From contig NC_059425.1 of NCBI RefSeq assembly GCF_021028975.2, positions 65,224,001-65,288,000 on the forward strand: DNA of 64,000 bases, read 5' to 3'. Of this stretch, positions 1 through 12,342 are shown one piece after another. The translations under genes were made by a program, and so were the position numbers. The notes under the pieces were generated by a model. It had not been told where the DNA came from. It did not search any database and was given only the letters and a program-made list of their open reading frames with translations. Within the stretch, counting starts at the first letter, position 1. Each line of letters starts with the position of its first letter. Origin of the DNA: Sphaerodactylus townsendi (taxonomy: Eukaryota).

Positions 1-51
1 ATGCCTGAAAAGTCGTGGAGTGCGGGCAGGTTGCTTGGAGGAAGCTGAAGC

Positions 52-70
52 GCTGCGCCATCTGGTGGGC
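52..70 (-). promoter_or_regulatory. CTCF-like motif (CCACCAGATGGCGC)
   Basis: Close match to the CCASYAGRKGGCRS core, in a CpG-containing stretch. Confidence 0.5.
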
Positions 71-94
71 GCAAAGGGATTTTTTTTAGCTGTT

Positions 95-292
95 AGGTGA
101 CCGCTGGTTTATGGCGACTCCCCTAGAGTTTTCACAAGGGAGGTTCGGCGTTGGTTTGCTGTTGCCTGCCTCCACGCCAGGGCTCCAGCATGTTTCTGGA
201 AGGTCTCCTATCCAAATACTAACCAGGGTCAACACAGCTTAGCTTCTGAGATCTAACGCGATCAAGCTAGCCTGGGGCTATCCAGGTCAGGT
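95..292 (-). mobile_element. 5S rRNA-derived SINE
   Basis: Reverse complement reads gatctcagaagctaagc...cctggttagtatttggataggagacc (5S box A/IE/box C region), then a non-5S body shared with the copies at about 19.0 kb and 63.8 kb. Confidence 0.75.
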
Positions 293-1849
293 CAGGTCTA
301 CTGCCCTAAGAACCAAGATGGCGTCCGTGTCGGAGCTCGGCAGCGGAGCTCCGCTACTTACAGGTTTCTAAAATATCCCCTTGGAATTTAACTTGAGAGA
401 ACTTGTTCTATCCACCTATATAATTGAAAGCGCCTAGAAACAATATTTAAGCCAAAGCCGCCTTAAGCGTCTGGGACTATAATATGAAACCTGTCTCCTA
501 CCGTGCTTTTTGTTTTCTATCTATTGGTTTCCGCGTCTGCTCGTGGCGGTTGGGCACCCATTGCTGAGACGCTGCCTCGAGAGACCACATTAACAACAGG
601 GGTGTTGGTGATAAAGATTCCCCCAACCCCAAAAAATGCGGCCTCCGGGCCCCCCTGAGGAGGGTGCGGCAGGCGCAGAAGAGCGGGGAACAGCCGCGGA
701 GACGGGCCGCTGCTGGGCGGGACTGGCAGCCCGAGGAGCTGGAGCCGAGGGCGACCCGCGACTGCGGCGAGAGGGTGTCGGGGTGTTAGAAGCGTCGGTG
801 TAGAGACCCCCCCCTGTTCCAAGCTCAGCCCCTAGAGTCCCCCCTGGAAAGAGTGCAATCGGAGCGGCTAAAATTTGCCGTCGGAGCCCGTTACCCGAAA
901 GGCGGTGAGACGCATAGCACTGGTGGCGAGCAGGCACCGACAGCGTGACTCTGGAGCAAGTTTGGAAGAAATGCGACCCGATGCGCAGAGACCTGGCGCA
1001 TCGCCTCCAGTTAGGCCTGATTGTGAGGGTGGGACCTCACAAGATGCGGGCTTTATGTGACTAGCAGTTTCTCTGCAGTCCAACACCAATGCTGCCTTTT
1101 AGTTTTTTTAACATCCAGTTGACTGTGAAGCGGTGATCCCCGGGCAGGAGGTCGGCACCTTTGAGATTCTGGGAGGAGTGGCCAGTGGCAGTGGCTTCTC
1201 CGACTGTTGTGCTACCTGCTACTACTTGCCTGTTGCATTATTATTACATACTCTGGCACTCACCGACCCTATAATCCGTCCTTGGATTCCAGAGACTAAT
1301 ACTGAGCTCTGCCCTAGGTGGTGTGGGCCCCTAGGTTTGGATCCTCCTGTTGTGACTGTAATCCTGTACCTACTGATGACCACCAGAGGGCAATGGGGCA
1401 CAGTACAGAGAGTGGTCCCGTACTCCAGCTCTTGGTGCGGTGTTTTAGTGCGGCAGCTTTGGCTTATGTTGTTTCCCCCTATGGAGCCTGGCTATTATTA
1501 TTACGCTGCTGTGGATATACATGTCTCTCCCGTTGGTGTGAGCGTCAGGAAGTGTTTGGGTGATATCCAATCATTGAGATCTTAATGCTGATTGATACTT
1601 ATTATTGACATCTCTCTGGCTCTGGTTATGTTCTGTAGTTGGTGAAATTGTAAGTAGCTAGTGGGGAATTAGTTAGGAAATAATTATTTAATTAATTAGG
1701 AATTATTAAGTGTTGACTGTTGTGTTGTTCCAATTAATTTATTGTGATAGGCTGCTAGATGAATGGGAGGTTAGGTAAGAGGTGAGTCCGAGGCCCACTA
1801 AAGTGGGGAGCCTCACCAGGAAGTTAGATGAGATCAAGAGACAGTAGGA

Positions 1850-4800
1850 AATGGGGGGGCCACCCATGGGTCTATGGGATCCCAGTGATGATGGAGACCC
1901 GGGGCAAATATGATGGTGAGGCGGTGGCCATATGAGAGAAGAGGCAGGAGATGCAGACATGCCACTGCACCTTCTGACCCTCGCGTTCTATCCCGAGGAA
2001 CGCATAGTGGTAGGGTTCAGAGGCTACTCTGCTTAAGTCACTGGTGTTGATAAATGCCAGGTCCATAAATAATAAGACCGGGCTGTTCTCCGAGAATATC
2101 ACCGAGGACCAACAGATGGACCTGGCTTGCATTACGAGACCTGGAGTGCGCAGAAGGGGAGACCGTCGCCTTTAGGCGAGGTCTCCCCACCAGAGTTCAG
2201 CGTGCGGCTCCGCACCGGGTCACAGAACACAGGGCGAGTGGGTGTGGCAATGTTCATCCGTGATGTGTCATCCCCTTCAGGGCTGTCCCTGTCCCAGAGA
2301 TCCATGGTCTTGAATGTGTTGGCCTGGAGTGCGATGGCCTTTTCGGGAGAGGTTGGCAGTCCTCCTGGTGTACACCGTCAGGTAGCCCTAGCACCAAGGG
2401 GACTGCCTATGGCGGCTGCTGGAGGGTGGTGGAGGATCTGCGGCGTTGGTTCCCCAGACTTATTGTCCTAAGGGGACTTCAGCGTCCATGTGGAAACCTG
2501 CCTAAATGATAGCGACTGCAGACCTAGTGTCATCCATGGCGTGGCTGGAGCCTCTCCTTGGTAAATTCTGGCCCCACTCATGAGGCTGGGCATACACTTG
2601 GACTTGGTCTTTGGGTCAGGGATTGATATGGTCATATCCTCTACAGATAGAGTGCCATGGTCTGGACCATTATGCCCTGAGGGTCGGGTGGGCGTGCCTT
2701 TGACATCCCCAGTGTCATAGGCGTGACGGGCGTAGTTGTACCGCCAGCGGAGACTTATGGATCCTATGGGTTTCCTGAATGCTCTTGCAGGACCCTGAAC
2801 CTTCCGGCACCCTTGATGGCCAGGTGGAAGACTGGAATTCCCGCCTTTTCCGATGCCAGCCCGGGGTTGGTGCTCTCCGGCGCTCTGCCCGATCCAAACT
2901 AGTCTCCTTGGTACACTGAGGAACTCACAGCGGTGTAAAGCAGGAGCTCAGACTGACTAGAAGCTTAGTGTGGAGGGAAGTCACCGTGTGGGCAGCGAAC
3001 ATCTTATAAGTAGGGCGTTTATGAAGGCCTATGAGATAGCATAACTGAAGGAGGCCTAAGAGGACATTCTTCTCCTCTCCCTCTCTTGCATCTACTAGCT
3101 CGCCCAAGCAATTATTTCTCAAGCATCATCTAGGTCACTCACCCTCATTGACTGAGGGCTCTTACAAATCAACAATTGGCTATCAGCTGTGAGGCATTTA
3201 GCAGGCTTTTTTAGCGAGACAAAGTTGCGTCGCTCCATGGGACCTTCCCTCCACCTTAGAGACAATAAGCAGGAACTGGAGGCTCCCTTGCCGTCTTCTG
3301 GCCCTTTGTTTGGCCCGGATTTTCCCTGCTCTCGAAGCCTTGCTGTCGACAGGGCCCTAGCTGCTGTTAGACCTACTACCTGTCCTCTGGATCCATTGCC
3401 CCTCACCAGCTTAGTAAAGCATGCCGGAGGCGCAATTCGACCCCACCTGTTGAGATCTCATCAATAGCTCCCTTGAGCAAGGAGTTTTTTCGGGTGGGTT
3501 GAAGGGAGGCAGTGGTCGCTTCCACTCTTAAAAGACCATCGTTAGATCCTGGAGATCTGGCCACCAATTACCGCCCGTTTCGGAATCTTTACGTTTCTGG
3601 GGAAGGTAAGTGAGAGAGTAGTGTTGGAGCAGCTCTCAGGGCTTCCCTGGAGGACACATCGACCTTCGATCCCTTCCAGTCCGGGCTTCCCGTGCACAGG
3701 CATGGAGACCGAGACTGTTCTTGTCGCCGTCACAGACATGCCTCGATATGCAACTCTTGACCGAAAGGCGGATCAGCTGCTGGTGTTGTTAGATCTTACC
3801 ATAGCGTTTGATGTGGAGGTCGATCCACGCATCTTTTGACCCACCGCCTGGTCAAGTTTCTGGGAGTGCGAGGCACTGTCCCTTCAGTGGATTGCCTACG
3901 TTTCTCGGACGGACCCAGCAGGGCGTAGCGGGGACTCAGCCTCGAAAGTGCCCGCCAGTGTGGTGTACCTCAGGGGGGCTGCTGTCCCCGCTGTTATTTA
4001 ACATCTATATCGACCCTCTGCTCGGTTAGTGCGGAGCTTTTGGGCTGACCCTGTCATCAATATGCTGGATGACACTCAGCTCATTCTGTTGATGGAGGCG
4101 GTGCGTAATCGCCTCTGTAGCTCTCCAGCATTGTTTGGAAGTGATGGCTGGTTGGTTGAAACAGAGCAGGTTAAAACTGAATCCATCGAAGACTGAGATC
4201 TGGCATGGGCGGGGAGGGTTGGGGATTTGTGCCAGCGGTGTGGAGGAGGGCTACGGTGGCACGGCCTCCTCGTCACCCCGGCCTTCCTGGGGTCCCACCT
4301 GGATTCGTCTCTTTCAATGGAGACCCAGGTGGCCCTTAGCAACCGGAGTTGCGTTTTCATCGCCGGCAGGCCAGGCTGGCTGGCCCTTCCCTCTCCCAAG
4401 CGGATCTGGCTACTGCTTGATCCACATGCAACTTGGTCACCTCCAGACTAGGACTATTGCAGCTTCGCTTCTACGCAGGCCTTCCCTTGCGATTGATTGG
4501 GAAGTGCAAAACTGGAAGTCCAGAATGCGGCGTGACCCAGCCTGCTCACAGGAGGTGCAGCCAGAGATCACATTTCACCTGTGCTTCTTAGCGCCTGCAC
4601 TGGATTTACCGGTTAATTCGAATCATCTCCAGAATGCTGGTATTGACCTTTAACTGGGCCTTGCAGCGGCCTGGGACCTCCGTGAGACTGGGCAATTGTC
4701 TTGCCCATATGTCCCAAATCGGACTAGCCACTGCGTTCAGCAAGAGGCCAACCTACTCGGTGATCCCTTAGCTCCTCAATGATGCGGTTAGCCTCTGCAC

Positions 4801-4935
4801 CGGGCCAGAGCCTTTACAGTTTTCTGGCCTGCCTCAATGGAACACTCTACTTCCAGTGCTACGGGCCCTGCGGGATCTTTAATGATTTCCACTTGAGGGC
4901 CTGCAAGACAGAGATTGTTCCACGCAGGCCTTTAC
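1850..4935 (+). pseudogene. L2 ORF2 (APE endonuclease + reverse transcriptase), multiply frameshifted; ends approximate
   Basis: Motifs occur in order but across shifting frames (ORF-track pieces 3189-3467, 3621-3839, 3808-4029, 4135-4653 with LKLNPSKTE). Confidence 0.85.
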
Positions 4936-5192
4936 AGTGAGCACTGGCAGTTGTTAAGCTGCACTTTAACATCTGTGGACCCTGCTGTCCCTCTTCTCTT
5001 CTTCCCCTCCCCTTTTGGGGGATCTATTAGTAGAGGCGCCATTGCTTACCTGATGTTGGAACGCTGCATTTTAAACGGGGTTGATTTTAAAATGTATAGA
5101 GCCGTTATTTAATGATTACTGATTTTATTGTGCTCTAGCTATTTGTCTGTTCACCGCCCTGAGCCCTTCGGGGGAGGGCGGTTTATAAATAT

Positions 5193-5196
5193 AATA

Positions 5197-5229
<33 letters not shown>
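5193..5229 (+). repeat. (AAT)n microsatellite forming the L2 tail
   Basis: Read directly from the sequence. Confidence 0.95.
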
Positions 5230-5834
5230 TCAGACATGCTTTCTAACAAATTCCAGGAAATTATTTTTAACAATAAACTAGCCATGTTTATTTAAACAGA
5301 AGTCCAGTGGCCTGACTCAAAAGATTATGCTAGAATAAATTTTGTTAATCTTTAAGGTGCCACTAGACAACTGTTTAACATATTAACATTCACCCCTCTC
5401 TGGAATTGAATTAGTATGGTAAGTACAGGCTCTGCCTCCTGTCCTGTGGCAACAGTGGGATAGTTTTGTAGAACAAACAAGAAGACCACCAGATGGTTCC
5501 AGGAAATAAAACTTTATTATTATGCTGCTGGGAGAAATGGGGCTTGTATAAGGGTTTGAGTATGCTGGTCCGCATTAGGTTTTCCATAACTGTCATCCCC
5601 CCCCCCCCGAGGCTTTTGTTATTTCCCCATTAAGATTCAGTTTCCCCATAGTTAACATGGTTTTAGTTAATTGTAAAGTCTTCTAAGGGAGGGTATTTTA
5701 GTTAGCCTGTCCCTTTAAGACATTTCCCAATAGGCAGTTTCCTTTCTTTACCCAGCAATCCCCTGTTTTAGTTCTAGCCAGTCAGTCAGAGTGAGGTGCT
5801 AAGGGTAATTGGAGACTGGAATATTCGTGACGCA

Positions 5835-6167
5835 CTGTATAAACTTGTGTATAAGCTGACTCGTGTATAAGCCGAGGCACCTAATTTTTACTTGCAAAAC
5901 TTGGGGAAACCTATTGACTGGGATATAAGCAGAAAGTGGGAAGCTGGGAGGCAGAGGGAGTTCCTTATTTGGACAGTGACTCCCCCTGATGTCATTGCCC
6001 AAATAAGGAGCTCCCTCCACCTCCCCCGGGTTTGAGGAAGCCCAGGCAGCCCAGAGGTGGAGGGAGCTCCTTATTTGGGCAATGACATCAGGGGGAGTCA
6101 CTGCCCAAATAAGGAGCTCCCTCCACCTCCCCGCCAGGCCATATATAGGGTACATATTAATATATGG
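5835..6167. mobile_element. Tc1/mariner-type MITE with internal double hairpin
   Basis: Left end ctgtataaacttgtgtataagctgac...tataagccgaggcacctaattttt resembles the CCGTATATACTCGAGTATAAGCCGA MITE family; right end degenerate. Confidence 0.6.
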
Positions 6168-6213
6168 TGGTCCAAAGAACACAAGTTAAGTTTAACAGCA
6201 GTTAGAACTAGAC

Positions 6214-6365
6214 CAGGGGTAGGGAACCTGCGGCTCTCCAGATGTTCAGGAACTACAATTCCATCGATATCTATCAGCATACGACCCAATTGGCCATGCT
6301 GGTAGGGGCTGGATGGGAATTATAGTTCAGGAACTATCGGGAAAACCGCAGGTTCCCTACCCCGC
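6214..6365. mobile_element. Palindromic hAT MITE (CAGGGGTAGGGAACC termini), garbled interior
   Basis: TIRs caggggtagggaacctgcgg / ccgcaggttccctacccc; a clean right half recurs at 7656-7742. Confidence 0.75.
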
Positions 6366-8332
6366 AGGATCCGTAAGACTGAAAGCGAACTGAGGAAGCA
6401 AGACACAGTGGACTTTCTTGAAAGTAGCCAAGAGAAGACACAGTCTACAAACCTGCTCAAGACAAGCAAGTACTCGGATTTAGATAGACCCAAGGGAGGA
6501 GTTAGGGTCTTAATTATCTCCAGTAATAAATCTTTTGTTGAACTGTTGAACCTGGCTTGTGTCTCCCCCACTCTGTCCTTGCCAAGTACAGGGCACCAAA
6601 AATAGATTCACTTGGGGTGCAGAGCAATAACCATGTCACAAAATCATTGGTTTCTGATTCTCATATACTGTTAACATTACTACACATGTCAGAGACTTCC
6701 TTCACCATGGGCCACTCCCCACTCACCATAAGCCGCGGGGTCACCTCTTTAAAAGACACCAGGAGGATGGGCCGTTCAATCGTCACCAAGCGCCCACTCG
6801 CGCAGCTGCCCTTTAATTTGCCGCCTCTCCCACCTCCTTGTCGCCACGCGGCAAATTAGGAACATCCTCTGAAAAGAGGCAACATATTTCAAAACCCCGC
6901 AGGTGCGCGGAAGTTGGGGAATTTCGGCTGTTCACAGCGGCTGATTCTCCATCTGACAGCGGCTCACAACAATCAAGGAAACAGTAAACCGCCATTTTGT
7001 TTGGGGAGGGTGTCCCGATCAGAAAGTGCTTTCGAGGAAGTGAGGCGTGTGCACAACAGGCCCCGTTATAACATTGCTCTTTTTTTGCTCTTTTTTTATC
7101 GAAAGCTCCACTCGTTTTGGTGGCAGCTTGGCAAAGTGCCGCTGAGCACAGGGTTGTCGGGCGGTGTAAACCCGAAACCAATATTTACTTTCATTTTTCT
7201 GCCCAAGCCAATTTACAACAGGCAGTGGCGTCAGCGTAATGCAGACGTCTCAAAATAATCGCGTTCAGCTTATCAAAATGAACTTACCGGTCAGGGCCAA
7301 TCAAAATGGAGCCCACAACCTCGGCTGGCTGCACCGCTCCCGATAATCGCAATGATGCACATGCGCAAGCCAATAATCAGAGCGGCTCGATTGCCTCTTT
7401 GACTCTCGATGTGGAACCCTACGCTATTTCCTGAATGGAAGAAATGAGTGGGGAACTCTAAATCCGTTATCAAAAGCCGCGGGGCTTTGGGTGCTGGGGT
7501 TGCTCAGGCGGTGGTGGGGTGTTTATGGTGCAGAACAGTGCCTTGCCATGCGGTTCCTTGACGAGATTTGACTGTTGCCGTTATTTGGTGATGCGGTCAC
7601 GGTTTGGCTTCGGCCTGGTTTGCAGTTAACCAGGACGTGGATACTGGTTGCTGCGTCAGGAACTACAATTGGCCATGCTGACAGAGGCTGATGGGAATTG
7701 TAGTTCCTGAACATCTGGAGAGCCGCAGGTTCCCTACCCCTGGTCTACATAAATCAATAAACATATAAAGAGTATCACTTGGTAAATAACACCCCATTCC
7801 CCTGGCAGTTGGCGATCCTGCTTTGCTCACAGGCAGGCATGCACAGGTTAGAGCTTTAATGGCTTAGGAATCATTGTTTGAGATCTACCTGCATCTTGTA
7901 CAGGGCTGCCAGCCATAAAGTATCAAACTGTGCTAGGGTCATACCACCCTGTCCTCAGAATACACTCGAAACAGTTGGTAATTTAAACAGTGTGTTAGAC
8001 TCTAAAATACAAAAGGAAAATAGTATGGGCAGCAGAAAGGAAAATTCAGCAAATTCTGATAATCTCCACTGCCCAGGATGTTATATAATGGGCACATGAT
8101 AGAACTTCAATAGTCTGAAAATTATTATTTGTTTTAAATAGCTGTATATATTGATTTTTCTACATTTTAGCATAATTTACTGCCCATGAATCTATTGTCT
8201 GCATTCATCCTTTCTTGAAGGAGCTCGAGATAGCATAAATGGGATTATCTCATCTTCTTTTCTTGGCCACCTGAGAGATAGTGAGGTGTAGAGAGAGTGA
8301 CTTTCCCAGGCAGCCCAACAAACGTGATTTAG

Positions 8333-8618
8333 AAGAAGAAGACGAGTATGGATTTATATCTCCTGTAAGGAGACTCAAGGTGGCTTACAAACTCCTTTCC
8401 CTTCCTCTTCCCACAACAGACACCTTGTGAGGTAGGTGGGGTTGAGAGACTTCCAAAGAACTGTGACTAGCCCAAGGTCACCCAGCAGGAATGTAGGAGT
8501 GCCGAAACAGATCTGGTTCACCAGATAAGCCTCTGCCACTCAGGTGGAGGAGTGGGAAATCAAACCTGGTTCTCCAGATTAGAATCCACCTGCTCTTAAC
8601 CACTACACCGCGCTGGCT
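8333..8618 (-). mobile_element. tRNA-derived CORE-type SINE (Squam3-like) with (CTT)n tail
   Basis: Minus strand: box A ggtgtagtggttaagagc, box B ggtttgatt.ccc, CORE-like gtgaccttgggctagtcac...acctcacaagg, L2-like tail. Confidence 0.85.
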
Positions 8619-8670
8619 TTAGATGAGATGCTGAAGTATTTTACTGATAAATAGTTGTTATGCCATACTC

Positions 8671-9090
8671 CAGTGGTGGCGAACCTATGGCCTGGGTGCC
8701 AGAGGAGGCACTCAGAGCCTTTCTGTGGGCACACGTGCACAGAGTTCATCATGTGGGGGTGGGGTGTAAAGTCACCCCACACACACACACCCACACCCAC
8801 ACCTAGGTTGACCTGGGCATGATCCTTTACTTGGGAGTAAGCTCGGTTGCTGGCAATGGGGCTTGCTTCTGAGTAAACCCTCCTAGGGTCGTGACCCACC
8901 CATTCGACGTGTTGCACGGTTGCTTCACCAAGCTTACTCCCAAGTAACATATGCCTCGGAGCCAACTGTTTTTTTTCTAAACTAAAACCTCAGTATCCAG
9001 GTTAAATTGCCGTGTTGGCACTTTGCAATAAATAAGTGCGTTTTGGGTTGCAATTTGGGCACTCAGTCTTGAAAAGGTTCGCCATCACTG
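8671..9090. mobile_element. Non-autonomous hAT element
   Basis: TIRs CAGTGGTGGCGAACCT / AGGTTCGCCATCACTG; exact 8-bp TSD CCATACTC. Confidence 0.92.
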
Positions 9091-10524
9091 CCATACTCCG
9101 ATTCAGAATGCAGTTATGATGTAGGAAGAGGATGTTTAATTTTTTTCTTCCAAAGTTGCCTTGACCTTAAATGTCCCATAGATGCTGTTTGCTCTGTTGT
9201 GGAAAAATATATAGACAACTTCTATAGTCCTCTCTCCAGTGGAGCAATTATAACCTGCCATGGAGGGACTATACACCCCAATATCAGGAAACTGTTGTGG
9301 ATGGGAGATAAGCTGAAACTTCCTCTACTGCACTACAATCCTGATCTTAATGGGGGGAGGGGGCATTGCTGCATTTAGCAATTTACAAAATAGGGAAATT
9401 TGATTGTGGCTGTTCCCCATACACATGTCTGTGTTTCAAATAAAAACCTATGCCACAAAACAATCAGAACGGTACAGTGAGGGGAAAAACAGGTAACCCA
9501 CAAAACAGGTAAGCAACAAAAATAACAACTGTACCAAGGTTACAACTTAAAGCAAAGTAATCTATATTTAATACAAAAAGACTTGTGGGGAAAAATACTA
9601 GAAACACAAAATAATCTAAAGGGCAAACAGCCAAGAAAAGCAATAATGTAGTAAAAATAAACATTACTTCATAGAACTGTGTCTAAAGGACTGCATAGTC
9701 TTTACTTTGGGAAAAATCACAATAATTCTAATAGTTCATATGTTAGTGCCTAAGTTGGACAGGTTTTCCTGATAAATGTATTCTTTTTTCATGGGGAAAT
9801 CCAATTTCCCCCTCTTCAGCAGCACAAAAAAAATCATCTATATGAGGAAAAAATTCTCTCATAGTAATAAGACTGAATTATGTTGTCAAAGCCTGGAGAT
9901 GCTGTCCTCCACGAATTATCACACTGCCATAAGGTACTCCAGGGAGCCCTACCACACTCACTTACTATGGAAATCCTCTGTGGCATCCAAGATCAAAACA
10001 GATGAACTGTCAAAGTATTAAATCAGCATCCATTTTCCTTCTGAGCAACTTGGAAAGATTCAAAAGACCCTATGGTTGTTTTCCTTCAGGTTACAGAATT
10101 TTATATGGAGAAGCGGGGAATCAAATCTAATTGTCCAGATTACAGTCTTATGCTCTTAACCATTACACCATGCCGGTGACATCTTGGTTAGCACGCTTAG
10201 GGATATTATTTTTAATGCTCTGCAGCTTGCTAAAGTCTCACCTGTGGGAGGAAATATGCAACCACCACTTTCTAGGCTGAAGGCATCAATTAAAAATGAC
10301 TGACAATAATGAGGCAATGAGAGGTTTTGCAATGAGAGGTTTTTAGGAATGGAAGGTTCCTTGAAGTAGCATGTGCTACTGCTTTGCCCAACAAAGACTA
10401 CACCAGTGGAAAAGAGTTCTTTTCAAAAGTCTACTAAAAAGTGGTTCACAGCAAATACAAGTTCATAGATGAGATGTGTGGGGTGTGTGTGGTTTAAGTG
10501 GGTGGGCATACAATACAGGCATTT

Positions 10525-10890
10525 TTAAAAAATTAGAAAAATGCTATTCAGCCTGTATGGGGAATCTGTCTGAGGTGGCTTATAAAATAAAATATAATAA
10601 AAAATGTTAAACATTATTAATTAAAACCTAGCATTAAAACGAAGCCACAGCATAAAAACATAGACCACTGAGCAGCTTAAAATAATAGTGTTTTAAAAGT
10701 CAATCCTTTAATTAAAAGCATGGGTGAACAAACATGTTTTGGCCTGCTGCTCAAAAGAGACCAATCTAGGCATCAGGAGTGCTTTGGGGCATTCCTTAAG
10801 TGATATACCACTACTCTCTGTTTGTTGCCTGCCCCACCTCTGAAAGTAGAGGCACCAAAACCAGGGCTTGTGTGACAGATCTTAACCAGT
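10525..10890 (-). mobile_element. Old L2 3' fragment (ends approximate)
   Basis: tattcagcc...gaggtggcttataaaataaaa and aaacatgttttggcctgctgctcaaaag resemble antisense L2 3' ends. Confidence 0.5.
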
Positions 10891-11602
10891 ACCGTGGTAC
10901 CAAGTAGGCTTGAGCAGTGATTTGAAAAATCATTAAATTTTGGGTTTGGGTTTTTTTAACTCAGATTTTTGCAGTAAAAGCCTGCTGCATGGAGCTCTTG
11001 TCAGTTTTACAGTGTTTTGAGGGGGCTGCCTGCAAAGACGGCAACACAAATAAGTGCATATTACAGCTTCTCTATAGCTTTGCAGACAGCCCCCTCAAAA
11101 CTAAAAAAAGGAAAAATGACTCGTGGACAGGATCGCTAGACTAAACCAACTTTATTCATCTACTTTTTACAGCAAAATAGCCAATGGATGAGCTCCATGG
11201 AGAATCTCCTGCAGCACACAAAATGGTGGCCATGAGCGGTGGAAACAAAACTAAGAGGTTTGGGCCAGAGAAATAAAGCATTTCCTGCCTGCTGGTGTTC
11301 ACTCAGCAGGCAGGAATCATCTTCGAACAGGTTGGAAGAAAGAGATTTCGATTTTGGCAATCTTTGAAAAACCAAATTGAGTGAAATATAACGGATTGAA
11401 CACATTTTGGGGAGGAGAGCTGTGCAAAGTTCTTCCCCCAAAAGTTATTTATAACCCTAACCCTAAAGACATTATGTTTGGGCTGTGCAGAATTCACCAA
11501 TATTACCCAAATTAATCCTCATGTCAGGCTTGTCTCCTGAATGGCATCCCCTATAAGCCCACAGCTAAGAAGGATGATGTTTGAAATCCACTTGTACACT
11601 AA

Positions 11603-11923
11603 GGCCCCTTCCACACATGCAGAATAATTCCCGCCCCCGCACAACGCAACAGCCAATCAGGATAGCCCCTGAGCGGATTGCACGTTTGATCTGACGACAG
11701 TGGGGACTCCTGCGTGGCTGCGGCATTTCTGGGAACAAGGGGGCAGAAGCTGCAGTGGAGACCATGAAGTGGCGAAACTGTGCTCAAAAGGTCCTGAATC
11801 TAACCAAACCGGTTTGAATCTACTTTCATTTTTTAAGTGGGGACTTGACCACAGTAAAATCCAGCTTCAAAGTGCATTGAAAGTGGATTGAAACTGCATT
11901 ATTCTGCATGTGCGGAAGGGGCC
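11603..11923. mobile_element. PIF/Harbinger-type MITE
   Basis: TIRs GGCCCCTTCCACACATGCAGAATAAT / ATTATTCTGCATGTGCGGAAGGGGCC; TAA and TAT flanks. Confidence 0.85.
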
Positions 11924-12342
11924 TATGATTGCATTGGACTAAAATGTTGGGACCTAGTTGCCCACTGAAGAACTTTGGCTTGTTTTTTTGATTGCTGGAT
12001 GTTTGGATATGATGCAGATGTAGGATCTGGCCTATTATGGAATAGTGTAATTCTCCTATACCATATGGAGCACTTGAATATTCATGGGAAATGAACCAAG
12101 AATAGGTGACAATGCTGATCTTCTGAAACTGTTCAGGAGATGACCAAATGGCCCTTACTGGGTTTATGGTTAGGTTATCCAGGAGCTGTCTTTGTGGAGG
12201 GTCATTCAAGAGTTGGAAGCCTGCCTTTATTTGTGGTGAGAAGGGGTAAGGCCGGGGATCTGAAAGATCAAATAAACTTTATTGATAAATGCTTTTCTGG
12301 TGTGTTAATACAGTCATGTCTCCCTACCTGGAGTGCCTAAGA

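Larger units (their letters stand above)
311..5229 (+). mobile_element. Near-full-length L2-clade LINE
   Basis: 5' CAAGATGGC motif and CpG-rich leader; APE motifs NARSINNKT (2053), ITETW, GDF and GHTLDL; RT motifs LLDL..AFD, QG.LLSPLLFNIY and frameshifted YADD (about 4060); L2-type 3' end (caccgccctgagcc...gggcggtttataaat) plus an (AAT)n tail. Confidence 0.88.

Noticed and set aside
5591-6640. Solo LTR interrupted by MITEs
   Set aside because: TG..CA ends and an AATAAA are suggestive, but I found no matching TSD or terminal inverted repeat, so it is not called.
8540-8618. tRNA genes in the SINE heads (also 38030-38093 and 54256-54320)
   Set aside because: A and B boxes are present, but there is no full cloverleaf and they are fused to a SINE body and tail.
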